Below, piece by piece: positions 30,317-39,259 of a DNA stretch of 64,000 nt. Location of the stretch: positions 192,001-256,000 of the forward strand of contig CAVVHS010000007.1 in assembly GCA_963748215.1 (NCBI GenBank). Reading direction: 5' to 3'. Within the stretch, counting starts at the first letter, position 1; each line of letters begins with the position of its first letter. A program made the position numbers and the translations under genes. The notes below the pieces were generated by a model, which searched no databases, had not been told where the DNA came from, and was given only the letters and a program-made list of their open reading frames with translations. The DNA is from an uncultured Gammaproteobacteria bacterium (lineage in GTDB: Bacteria; Pseudomonadota; Gammaproteobacteria; UBA9214).

Positions 30317-30496
30317 TCATTCACCGGCACGCTGGGCGTAATACATGACGTTCATCGCCTGCGGGACGTTGCCGGGCATGGCGGCGCGGTTGCGCGTCAG
30401 TGGCGCCATGATCGCGCGGTTCGGCAGGGCCAGGTCGCCCAGGCTGATGGGTGAGAACAGGTCGATATCCGTCGTGGCGTCCGGGCGGGTGGTCAT
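30317..30496 (-). pseudogene. 5' remnant of an old-yellow-enzyme/alkene reductase (nemA-like)
   Basis: LFSPI.LG.L.LPNR.IMAPLTR.RA...YYAQRA, then stop after ~59 aa of a normally ~360-aa protein. Confidence 0.85.
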
Positions 30497-30616
30497 GCGG
30501 GTCTCCGTGGGGGTGAATAAAGCAGTCAGAGTGACTGTATGCCAGATAGTTCCCGTACGGCACGCCATCGGGAGATTGCTTCGCTTCTCTCGCAATGACG
30601 GAGTTGGCTCAATGAA

Positions 30617-31342
30617 TCAGAGGCTCCTTAGACTCAAGATAATTTGCGTCACGATCATGGTCAGCAGCGTCGAGGCCAGCGTGCCAATCAGGACATATTC
30701 GGCGAAAGGTCGTTCATCCATCTGGCGAAAACGCGCAAATCCCTTGGCGGCGATGATCAATGCAATCACATTGACGTTCTGACTGACAAACAAAACGCTA
30801 TACATCAGCCAGCGCTCCAGGATGCCGATGATCCGGCCGGCATTGTATTCCTCCTGGTCGATTTCTTTTCCCTCCGTCTTTGGAGCCAGTCCGAAGCGAT
30901 GGAAGAGGCTGCGAACAACCAGGTTGGCTTCGTTCGCGACCAGCAGAAAACCCAGCAGGAACCAAAGCCCGGTGCGAAGTTTGCCTGATACATCACCCGT
31001 ATTGAAATGATCATTCGCCAGCCACGTCAAACCCGCTTCCACCCAGGGTGCGGGTAACAATCTGTCCTGCAGTGCAATCGTCACGAACAGTATGACCAGA
31101 AAACCTGTAAAGCGACACTCGTTCAACCAGTCCCCGGGTAGCCATGACTCCGTCGACAGGAGAATGATTGCAAGCAGGGCGGCGATTACTGCGGACGGCC
31201 AACTGATCGAGAAAACCAGTAAAGTGAGCATGACCTGGAATACACCGACGATCATCAGTGTGCGCAGGGGCAGTCGCTCGTCATTAAACATGTAGACAAT
31301 GCGACTGAGTAATACGCCGTTCAGGAATAGCAATACGTCCAT
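30617..31342 (-). CDS. Multi-pass membrane protein, SatD partner (DUF3307/SatE-like C-terminal motif)
   Basis: AGRIIGILERWL, IIAAKGFARF, AEYVLIGTLAS; starts 3 bp downstream of the satD stop. Confidence 0.8.
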   Translation of the reverse strand: MDVLLFLNGVLLSRIVYMFNDERLPLRTLMIVGVFQVMLTLLVFSISWPSAVIAALLAIILLSTESWLPGDWLNECRFTGFLVILFVTIALQDRLLPAPWVEAGLTWLANDHFNTGDVSGKLRTGLWFLLGFLLVANEANLVVRSLFHRFGLAPKTEGKEIDQEEYNAGRIIGILERWLMYSVLFVSQNVNVIALIIAAKGFARFRQMDERPFAEYVLIGTLASTLLTMIVTQIILSLRSL

Positions 31343-31345
31343 GGG

Positions 31346-32002
31346 CTAGCTCCCTGCCTGTTCGGTAACTGAATTTGCCTTCAGGAACCTGTTAAGGATA
31401 CCGGTCAATGCCTGCATATAGTCGATGACCGCATCCAGTTCCCCGGCATTGATATTCTTGTAAACCGCCTGCACGGAAATGCCCAGCTCCGCGGCAATGT
31501 CCTTCTTGTTTTTTACAGTCAGTAATCCGTGCAGGATCGCCAGGCGATTGGCATCCCATTTCAGAATTCTTTGATTGAGCAGGCGCAGAGAACTCCCGGT
31601 AAGGGCTGCCCAGTCGTCCGGCAGCCCCTCGAGACGAACCAGATTGCCGCTGTCTTTCAGCCGGCTCATGCCGTCGCGGGCCCGATAGAAGGCCGGGCCA
31701 TCCATGCCCAGGGCCTGTTCGGTATTCAGCTCGGTCGTGATCTCGCCCAGGCCCAGTGAGAATCGAACCCTGACCGGGTGCATGACGCGCAGGATCCGTA
31801 CCATGTCTTCGAATACCGGATCTGCCTTATCGAAGACGGCCTGGAATTCATCGCCAAGGGTCAGGGTATACGGTGAGACGGGTCGGGATGGCCGGGCGTT
31901 AAGGTCGTCCAACAGCGATTCGAGCTTTTGCTGGACACCCTTGCGGTCCTTTGCATCCCTGGATGCTACGATATCGCCGATGAGTACAAGGTAATGCATC
32001 AT
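31346..32002 (-). CDS. satD: SatD family protein (nucleotide-cyclase-like domain + C-terminal HTH)
   Basis: LIGDIVASR, TLGDEFQA, RFSLGLG.I, MDGPAFYRAR; HTH KKDIAAELGISVQAVYKNI. Confidence 0.88.
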   Translation of the reverse strand: MMHYLVLIGDIVASRDAKDRKGVQQKLESLLDDLNARPSRPVSPYTLTLGDEFQAVFDKADPVFEDMVRILRVMHPVRVRFSLGLGEITTELNTEQALGMDGPAFYRARDGMSRLKDSGNLVRLEGLPDDWAALTGSSLRLLNQRILKWDANRLAILHGLLTVKNKKDIAAELGISVQAVYKNINAGELDAVIDYMQALTGILNRFLKANSVTEQAGS

Positions 32003-32107
32003 TCAACCTCTTTGGTTGTTTATGCATAAAATAAACCATAAAGGTTTAATTTGTCAAATATCAACTAAATTGGTTAAAAATAGTGGTTTTCAACTAAACA
32101 GGTTGAA
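32002..32107 (-). promoter_or_regulatory. satD promoter with four palindromic operator boxes at 29-bp period
   Basis: AAC(C/T)-N5-GGTT boxes starting 32002, 32031, 32060, 32089; minus-strand TTGACA (32057-32052)-N18-TATTTT. Confidence 0.75.
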
Positions 32108-32194
32108 TAGATCATATGGAAATATTTTTATATATATCAGTATATTATAGATATCATCCGTACTGTCGGCCATTCTGCTATAAGTGATTACGCA

Positions 32195-35100
32195 ATGACG
32201 TCCTCCGGTTTCCATCCAGCCGTTTCGAACTGGTTCGGTTCGCATTTCGACCGGCCGACCGACGTGCAGGCCCGCGCCTGGCCGGCGATCCGGAACGGTC
32301 GGGCCTGCCTGATCGCGGCGCCGACCGGCTCGGGCAAGACGCTGGCCGCGTTCCTGGCGGCCATCGATCAACTGCTGGTGGAAGGCCTGGCCGCGCCGTT
32401 GCCGGATGAGACCCGGGTGCTGTATGTCTCGCCGCTGAAGGCCCTGTCCAACGACATCCACAAGAACCTCGAGCTGCCGCTGAACGGCATCCGCGACCAG
32501 TTGCTGGAGGCGGGACTGTTTGATGTGCCCATCACCGCACGGGTGCGCAGCGGCGATACCTCGCCCGCGGAACGGCAGGCGATGAAGCGCAACCCGCCGC
32601 ACATCCTGGTCACCACGCCGGAGTCGCTCTACATCCTGCTGACCTCGGATTCGGGCCGGGCCATGCTGCGCACCGTGCGCTCGGTGATCGTCGACGAGAT
32701 CCACGCCCTGGCGGGGAACAAGCGCGGCGCCCACCTCAGCCTGTCGCTGCAGCGCCTCGATGCCCTGTGCGAACGGCCGCCCGTGCGCATCGGCCTGTCC
32801 GCCACGCAGAAGCCGGTGGAGACGATGGCCGCGTTTCTCACCGGTCATCCGCATGACGATGCGGCTTGTCCGTGTCACATCATCGATACCGGCCATGTGC
32901 GCAAGCGCGATATTCGGCTGGAGATCACCGGCTCCCCCCTGGAGGCGGTGATGGCCAACGAGGTCTGGGCCGAGATCTATGATCGCCTGGCGCAGCTGGC
33001 CGAGGTCCATCGCACCACGCTCATCTTCGTCAACACGCGCCGCCTCGCGGAACGGGCCGCCGCGGCACTGGCCGAGCGCCTGGGTGAAGGAGCGGTCACC
33101 GCCCATCACGGCAGCCTGGCCAAGGAACACCGGCTCGATGCGGAACAGCGTCTGAAACAGGGCCAGCTGCGCGCCCTGGTGGCCACCGCCTCGCTGGAAC
33201 TGGGTATCGATATCGGCGACGTGGACCTGGTCTGCCAGATCGGTTCGCCCGGCGCCATTGCCACCTTCCTGCAACGCGTCGGGCGCTCGGGTCACGCCGT
33301 GGAAGCCACGCCGAAGGGGCGGCTGTTTCCCCTGTCGCGCGACGACCTGGTGGAATGCACGGCACTCCTCGATGCCATTCGCCGCGATGAACTCGACGTG
33401 ATCCACATCCCCGACCATCCGCTGGATGTGCTGGCGCAGCAGATCGTCGCCGAGGTGGCGAGCCGCGAGTGGGACGAGGCGGAACTCTACCGGTGTTTCA
33501 GCCAGGCCTGGCCGTACCGGGGGTTGAGCCAGACGCAGTTTGCCGCCACGGTGAAAATGCTCAGTGAAGGCTTTCATACCCGCCGCGGCCGGCGCAGTGC
33601 CTACCTGCACCGCGATGCCGTGCATGGCGTGTTACGACCCCGCAAGGGCGCGCGCCTCACGGCCCTGCTCAACGGCGGCGCGATCCCCGACCAGTTCGAC
33701 TACGATGTGATCATGCAGCCGCAGGGGGTGTTCGTCGGCACCCTGAACGAGGACTTCGCCTTTGAAAGCCTGCCCGGGGATATCTTTCAGCTGGGCAACC
33801 AGTCCTACCGCATGCTGAAGATCGAGCAGGGCCGGGTGTACGTGGAAGACGCCCATGGCCAGCCGCCGAATATCCCGTTCTGGTTCGGCGAGCGGCCGGG
33901 GCGCAGCGATGAGCTGTCCCAGGCCGTGTCGCGCCTGCGCCGCACGCTGGACGAACAGCTGCAGCAGGGGCAGGACGCCGCGCTGCGCTATCTGACCGAC
34001 ACACTGGCCTTGCCGCCCGGTGCGGCCGAGCAGCTGGTCGCTTATCTCGCCGCGGCGCAGGCGGCGCTGAGCAAGATTCCGACGCAGGAGCATCTCGTCT
34101 TTGAACGCTTCTTCGACGAGACCGGCGACATGCACTTCGTCATCCATTCGCCCTACGGTTCGCGCATCAACCGCGCCTGGGGGCTGGCTCTGCGCAAGCG
34201 CTTCTGCCGGCGCTTCAATTTCGAATTGCAGGCCGCGGCCACGGAAGACAATATCATCCTGTCGCTGGGGCCCACGCACAGTTTTCCCCTCGATGAACCG
34301 GCCCGCTACCTGAAATCCGCCAGCGTCCGGGACGTGCTGGTGCAGGCCCTGCTGGCCGCGCCGATGTTCCCGGTGCGCTGGCGCTGGGTCACCAACACTG
34401 CGCTGGCGGTGCCGCGCAATCGCGGCGGCAAGAGGGTGCCACCGCCGTTCCAGCGCAACAGCGCCGAGGACCTGATCGCCCTGATCTTTCCCGATCAGCT
34501 GGCCTGCGCGGAGAACATCGCCGGGGACCGCGAGGTGCCCGAACATCCGCTGGTCGACCAGGTGGTGGCGGATTGCCTGCATGACCTGATGGACATCGAC
34601 GGCCTGGTCCGGCTGCTGGAAGGGATCGAGACGCAGCGCATCGCGATCACCACGCGCGATCTCGCCACGCCCTCGCCGATGGCGCTGGAGATCATCAACG
34701 CCCGGCCCTTTGCCTTTCTCGATGACGGGGCCGCCGAGGAACGCCGCACCCTGGCCATCAGCCAGCAACGCCATCTCGACCCGGTGGATGCCGCCGGGAT
34801 CGGCACCCTCGATCCCGCGGCCATCGCGCAGGTCCGGCAGGAGGCCTGGCCGCAGGCCGGCACGTTCGACGAGTTGCACGATGCGCTGCTGGTGCTGGGA
34901 TTCGTGACGGTGGCGGAAGGCGAGGCCGGGGGCTGGGAGTCGCGGATGCAGCGCCTGCAGGTACAGCAGCGTGCCACGGTCGTCAGTCTCGAACACGGTG
35001 CCGTGCTGTGGGTGGCGGCGGAGCGCTTGCATCATGTGCTGACGCTGTTTGCGGACGCGCCGCGCGATCCCGTCATCGCGCCCGTGGAGCCGGTGCCCGA

Positions 35101-36502
35101 GGACCGGATTGAGGCGCTGACCGAACTGCTGCGCAGTCGCCTGGAAGGGCTGGGTCCGGTCACGGTGTCTGCGCTGAATGCGCCGCTGGGCCTGGCGTTG
35201 ACCGAGGTGGAGGCGAGCCTGCTGGCCCTGCAGCAGGAAGGCTTTGCCATTCAGGGGCACTTCTCGCAGGCCAGTGAAACCGAATGGTGCGAGCGCGGCC
35301 TGCTGGCGCGCATTCACCGTTACACCGTCAAGCAATTACGCAGCGAGATCGACCCGGTCAGTCCGGCGGATTTCATGCGCTTCCTGTTTCACTGGCACGG
35401 CCTGGATGAACCGGCGGAAGGGGAGGCCGCGCTGGAACGCAGCCTGCAGCAACTGGAAGGCATTCCACTGGCGGCCGCCAGCTGGGAGCAGGATGTGCTG
35501 CCGGCGCGCATACGCGACTTTTCGACCGCGCAACTGGATCACCTCTGCCAGTCCGGCCGCTTTGTCTGGCTGCGGCTGCAGCCACCGGCGGCGGGCAGGG
35601 ATGACCGGCACAAGAACCCGGCCGTGAAGAGCACGCCGATCAGTTTCATCCGTCGCGAGCACCAGGGCGACTGGCGCGACCATACGGAGCTGGTCGATGC
35701 GGCCGCGGTCACGCTGTCGGGCCATGCAGGCAAGGTGCTCGACAGCCTGAAACAGTGGGGCGCCAGTTTTTTCCAGGACCTGCTGGATGACACCCGCCTG
35801 TTGCCGGTGCAGCTGGAAACCGCGCTGGGCGAGCTGGTGGCCTGGGGGCTGATCACCTCGGACAGTTTCAGCGGCCTGCGCACCCTCATCACCCCGCAAC
35901 CGGTGCTGCGCCGGCGCGGCAAACGCCGGCCGGGTTACCAGCCCCTGGCCCAGGCCGGACGCTGGTCGCTGTTGCGACCGGCCCGGCCGCCTCGCGAGGA
36001 CCAGAACCGGTTTGCCTCCGTCGAACATATTGCACGCGTACTGCTCAGGCGCTACGGCGTGGTGTTCCGCAAGCTGCTCGAACACGAAACCGGCCTGCCG
36101 CCGTGGCGCGACCTGCTCTATTGCTGCCGGCGCATGGAGGCGCGCGGTGAGCTGCGCGGTGGCCGTTTTGTGCAGGGTTTTGCCGGGGAACAGTTCGCCC
36201 TGCCGGACGCCATGCAGACCCTGCGCCGCATCCGTAATCAGGCGCAGGACGGCGCGCTGATCGCCATCGCCGCCACCGACCCGCTCAACCTGACCGGTTC
36301 CATCACCGCCGGCGACCGCGTCGCCCGCCAGGCGAACAACCGCATCCTGTACCGCGACGGCGTGCCCATCGCCACCAGCGTCGCCGGCGAGATCAACTAC
36401 CTGGCAACGATAGCACCGGAGGTGCAATGGGAGATCAAGACCACCCTGTTGCGGCAGACCCGTCCGGAACAGTTCCACCCGACGCCGCCGCGGTCGATTT
36501 AG
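32195..36502 (+). CDS. lhr: Lhr family ATP-dependent helicase (long form with C-terminal winged-helix/glycosylase-like region)
   Basis: APTGSGKT, YVSPLKAL, TTPESL, DEIH, LSAT, HHGSL, SLELGID, QRVGR; C-terminal LLRRYGVV, LE.RGE.RGGRFV..F.GEQFALP, DPLNL. Confidence 0.95.
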   Translation: MTSSGFHPAVSNWFGSHFDRPTDVQARAWPAIRNGRACLIAAPTGSGKTLAAFLAAIDQLLVEGLAAPLPDETRVLYVSPLKALSNDIHKNLELPLNGIRDQLLEAGLFDVPITARVRSGDTSPAERQAMKRNPPHILVTTPESLYILLTSDSGRAMLRTVRSVIVDEIHALAGNKRGAHLSLSLQRLDALCERPPVRIGLSATQKPVETMAAFLTGHPHDDAACPCHIIDTGHVRKRDIRLEITGSPLEAVMANEVWAEIYDRLAQLAEVHRTTLIFVNTRRLAERAAAALAERLGEGAVTAHHGSLAKEHRLDAEQRLKQGQLRALVATASLELGIDIGDVDLVCQIGSPGAIATFLQRVGRSGHAVEATPKGRLFPLSRDDLVECTALLDAIRRDELDVIHIPDHPLDVLAQQIVAEVASREWDEAELYRCFSQAWPYRGLSQTQFAATVKMLSEGFHTRRGRRSAYLHRDAVHGVLRPRKGARLTALLNGGAIPDQFDYDVIMQPQGVFVGTLNEDFAFESLPGDIFQLGNQSYRMLKIEQGRVYVEDAHGQPPNIPFWFGERPGRSDELSQAVSRLRRTLDEQLQQGQDAALRYLTDTLALPPGAAEQLVAYLAAAQAALSKIPTQEHLVFERFFDETGDMHFVIHSPYGSRINRAWGLALRKRFCRRFNFELQAAATEDNIILSLGPTHSFPLDEPARYLKSASVRDVLVQALLAAPMFPVRWRWVTNTALAVPRNRGGKRVPPPFQRNSAEDLIALIFPDQLACAENIAGDREVPEHPLVDQVVADCLHDLMDIDGLVRLLEGIETQRIAITTRDLATPSPMALEIINARPFAFLDDGAAEERRTLAISQQRHLDPVDAAGIGTLDPAAIAQVRQEAWPQAGTFDELHDALLVLGFVTVAEGEAGGWESRMQRLQVQQRATVVSLEHGAVLWVAAERLHHVLTLFADAPRDPVIAPVEPVPEDRIEALTELLRSRLEGLGPVTVSALNAPLGLALTEVEASLLALQQEGFAIQGHFSQASETEWCERGLLARIHRYTVKQLRSEIDPVSPADFMRFLFHWHGLDEPAEGEAALERSLQQLEGIPLAAASWEQDVLPARIRDFSTAQLDHLCQSGRFVWLRLQPPAAGRDDRHKNPAVKSTPISFIRREHQGDWRDHTELVDAAAVTLSGHAGKVLDSLKQWGASFFQDLLDDTRLLPVQLETALGELVAWGLITSDSFSGLRTLITPQPVLRRRGKRRPGYQPLAQAGRWSLLRPARPPREDQNRFASVEHIARVLLRRYGVVFRKLLEHETGLPPWRDLLYCCRRMEARGELRGGRFVQGFAGEQFALPDAMQTLRRIRNQAQDGALIAIAATDPLNLTGSITAGDRVARQANNRILYRDGVPIATSVAGEINYLATIAPEVQWEIKTTLLRQTRPEQFHPTPPRSI

Positions 36503-36611
36503 GTTGTTGGCCGAATGAATTCGACCAGCGGTGTTTCATCGTGCCCTGTAGGGTCGAATTCATTCGACCATTCACGAGCCAGTTGTTGGCCGAATGAATT
36601 CGGCCCTACAA
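36503..36611. repeat. GTAGGGCCGAATTCATTCGGCC-type REP cluster
   Basis: Three copies of the GG(C/T)CGAATGAATTCG(G/A)CC palindrome; other copies near 19328, 27167, 39057, 55661, 55872, 57761. Confidence 0.85.
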
Positions 36612-36713
36612 CGGTAATCTGCTGAAATCAACGGCAATATGGATTCGCTTCCTTTATTCGCTTATAAATAAGATGGGGTTTGATATTGCAGCCATTCATG
36701 CCGGGAGTCCCCC

Positions 36714-37076
36714 ATGTCAGAAACATATACATGCTGGAAATGTGGAGGTACGTTGCCGGATCTCCTGATGCCATTGGCGCGACACGAGGAGTGCCCTCAC
36801 TGCCGGGCGCAGCTGCACGTGTGCCGAATGTGTGTGTTTTTTGATACGGCGGCGCCGCAGCAATGTCGGGAGCCGGTTGCCGACCTGGTGTCTGACAAGC
36901 AGCGCGCCAATTTCTGTGGATATTTCACGATCAATCCGCATGCCTTTTCCGCGCCCTCGGATCAGACCGCCGAGTCGCGTCGGCAGTTGGATGCATTGTT
37001 CAAGGGCGAGTCCTCTACGGCTGCATCAGAGGAAGACGAGTTGCGTGAGCAGGTGGAGCAGTTCTTCAAGAAGTGA
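36714..37076 (+). CDS. Conserved Cys-rich (zinc-binding) hypothetical protein
   Basis: CWKCG, CPHC, HVCRMC.FF, CRE, K.RANFC.YF, L..LF; GGAG RBS. Confidence 0.8.
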   Translation: MSETYTCWKCGGTLPDLLMPLARHEECPHCRAQLHVCRMCVFFDTAAPQQCREPVADLVSDKQRANFCGYFTINPHAFSAPSDQTAESRRQLDALFKGESSTAASEEDELREQVEQFFKK

Positions 37077-37105
37077 TTTTTCAGATTGTGGTGAGGGATA
37101 CCCAA

Positions 37106-37377
37106 GGGTCGGACCTCGTCAACCCGTTGAAGTAGCTCAAATCAACACGTTAATTCAGGCCGCAATCCCGCCTTGGATGGTATTTTTCAGGGTAAAAAGG
37201 CGCATTCAAGTATTTGTGAACGCGCGATTTATCGCACAAAACATTCCGGAGTTCGTGAGTGCCTCGCAGGCCTTACAGGCACCCTATTGTGGCCGGAACA
37301 GGCGTTTTAAGCCCGAAAAGAACCTTTATCAGGGGTAAGAATCGAGTGATCTCAGTAAGTTGCCGAGGTCCGACCCC
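37106..37377. mobile_element. 272-bp MITE-like element, copy 1 (GGGTCGGACCTCG TIR)
   Basis: GGGTCGGACCTCGTCAAC ... GTTGCCGAGGTCCGACCCC; colinear homolog at 43031-43302; right end re-duplicated at 37394-37484. Confidence 0.8.
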
Positions 37378-37847
37378 GTGCAACGAATCAGGTTATCAGG
37401 GGTAAGAATCGAGTGATCTCAGTAAGTTGCCGAGGTCCGACCCCGTGCAACGAATCAGCCAGTAAGTTGCCGAGGTCCGACCCCGTGCAACGAATCAGCG
37501 TGCAACCCGTGCAACGAATCAGACCCCGTGCAGGTCACTCCAAGAGCTCAACACAGGCTCGGCCGAGCGTCCGCGTCTATTTTACCGGCCAGTGGGTCAC
37601 CGGTTGATCAGGAGGGACAGTGGAAGCTCCTTGTCACGCGTAGCGATCATGGCCAGACGCGTCTATGTTGATCGGTAAATATCAGCGGCGAATATTATCA
37701 ACATCGCAAAGAACAGGGGTGACAGGACACAATCTTTAACAATCAGGCGCGGGGTCAGATCCTGGTTTCAGTTAAAATCGGATAAAGCCGTTTTTGGATC
37801 CTGGTTTTGCGCACCTAACGTTTCATTTATTACAAAGGACAATTCTC

Positions 37848-38621
37848 ATGAGTATGTCAAATATGCTGGGCAAGTTGATCATGGCAGGTTTGGTCGCCAA
37901 AGGTGTCAGTATGGCGGGCGGCAAGAGCGGCAGTGCTGGCGGTGGTGGCATTGCCGGCGCACTGGGCGGGCTCCTGCGCGGCAATAAAAGCGGCAGTACT
38001 GGCGGTGGTGGTATTGCCGGCGCACTGGGCGGGCTGCTGGGCGGCGATCAACGCGCAACGACTGGCGGCAGTGCTGGCGGTGGTGATTTAGCCGGCGCAC
38101 TGGGCGGGCTGCTGGGTGGTAACCAAGGCGGGGCTGGCGGACTGGGTGATTTGCTCAGCGGCCTGGCCGGTGGTGGCGCTGCAAAAAAGGGTGGTGACAT
38201 TGGCGATATTCTTGGTTCATTTATGGGTGGCTCTAAGCAGGCGGCACAGATACAGCCCACGATTGACCAGGAACAGCAAGCAGAGATTTTGTTGCGGGCA
38301 ATGCTCAATGCAGTCAAATCCGATGGTCAAATTGACAAGGCCGAGCAAGAGCGGATCGTGGAACACCTGGGTGATGTTTCCGAATCGGAAAAGCAATTCC
38401 TCCATGATGAAATGTCAGCGCCGCTGGACATGGCTGCCTTTATTCGCAGCATTCCAAAAGGGATGGAACAACAGGTCTATCTTTTATCGCTGACCTCGAT
38501 TGACCTGGATTGCAAAGCAGAAGCGCAGTATTTACATCAGTTGGCGCAAGGTCTGGGGATTTCCCAGCAGGCATGCAATCATATTCATCAGCAAGCTGGC
38601 GCGCCTGTGCTTTACAGCTAG
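37848..38621 (+). CDS. DUF533/YebE (TerB-like) family protein with Gly-rich repeats
   Basis: LLRAMLNAVKSDGQID..E, E...PLD, VYL.SL..IDLD...E..YL..LA..LG; GGGIAGALGGLL repeats. Confidence 0.88.
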   Translation: MSMSNMLGKLIMAGLVAKGVSMAGGKSGSAGGGGIAGALGGLLRGNKSGSTGGGGIAGALGGLLGGDQRATTGGSAGGGDLAGALGGLLGGNQGGAGGLGDLLSGLAGGGAAKKGGDIGDILGSFMGGSKQAAQIQPTIDQEQQAEILLRAMLNAVKSDGQIDKAEQERIVEHLGDVSESEKQFLHDEMSAPLDMAAFIRSIPKGMEQQVYLLSLTSIDLDCKAEAQYLHQLAQGLGISQQACNHIHQQAGAPVLYS

Positions 38622-38782
38622 GAGTCTGTCCGAGTAATCATGTTGCTACTGCGGCGGCGGGAAACCGGCCCATTGTTGCGCTCCTTCTCGTCAAATAGAA
38701 CAAGCTATTCTCCTCGGACGATCGCAAAACTGTCCTCGATTTCCCACTCGCCTCGCTACGCACAGATTACTCGGACAGGCTC
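38622..38782. mobile_element. 161-bp MITE-like element with 18-bp TIR
   Basis: GAGTCTGTCCGAGTAATC / GATTACTCGGACAGGCTC (17/18 complementary); abuts the TAG stop of the upstream gene. Confidence 0.75.
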
Positions 38783-38800
38783 ATCGGAGTGATCAGTCGT

Positions 38801-38889
38801 GTAGCCTGGATGAAGCGCGGCGGAATCCGGGGCATCTTTTACTCAGGTCATACCGGATTCCGGTCCTTCGGGCCTGCATCCTGGCTACA
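38801..38889. repeat. GTAGCC-type REP doublet
   Basis: GTAGCCTGGATG..GGAATCCGG ... CCGGATTCC..CATCCTGGCTAC. Confidence 0.75.
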
Positions 38890-38896
38890 GCCTGTT

Positions 38897-39045
38897 GCCA
38901 TTGGACACAGGGAAGTCACCCTGTCCTGCGTCGCATTGCGCAGGTGAGCGTCATTTCCTGCACCATCAAGTCTATTGCATCACCACGGTTACCGGCGGTC
39001 GTCATTCTTTGTTCACGGATATCGCCGCAGTACGCCTGCTCGGAT
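38897..39045 (+). pseudogene. 5' remnant of a REP-associated tyrosine transposase (RAYT), copy 1
   Basis: Encodes HQVYCITTVT.GRHSLFTDI.AVRLL, similar to the Y1/RAYT N-terminal Y..T..T..R..LF motif; REPs on both sides. Confidence 0.65.
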
Positions 39046-39259
39046 GAAATGCCGCTGGTCGAATGAATTCGACCCTACAGACGATGAAACGCCGCTGGCC
39101 GAATGAATTCAAACCTGCAGTAGGGCCGAATTCATTCGGCCAACAGCCTGTTGCCATTGGAGTTCGTAGGGTGCGCTGAGCGCACCATTTCCGGTGCGCG
39201 AAACGCACCCTGCATATACACTTGACCCCTTGAACTGGAGCAGCCATTCAAAGCTTGCC

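Noticed and set aside
32090-36478. Long antisense ORFs (511, 567, 380 aa) opposite lhr, and similar ones opposite top6B and the ABC genes
   Set aside because: Shadow ORFs caused by high-GC codon bias; the opposite strand carries the recognisable motifs
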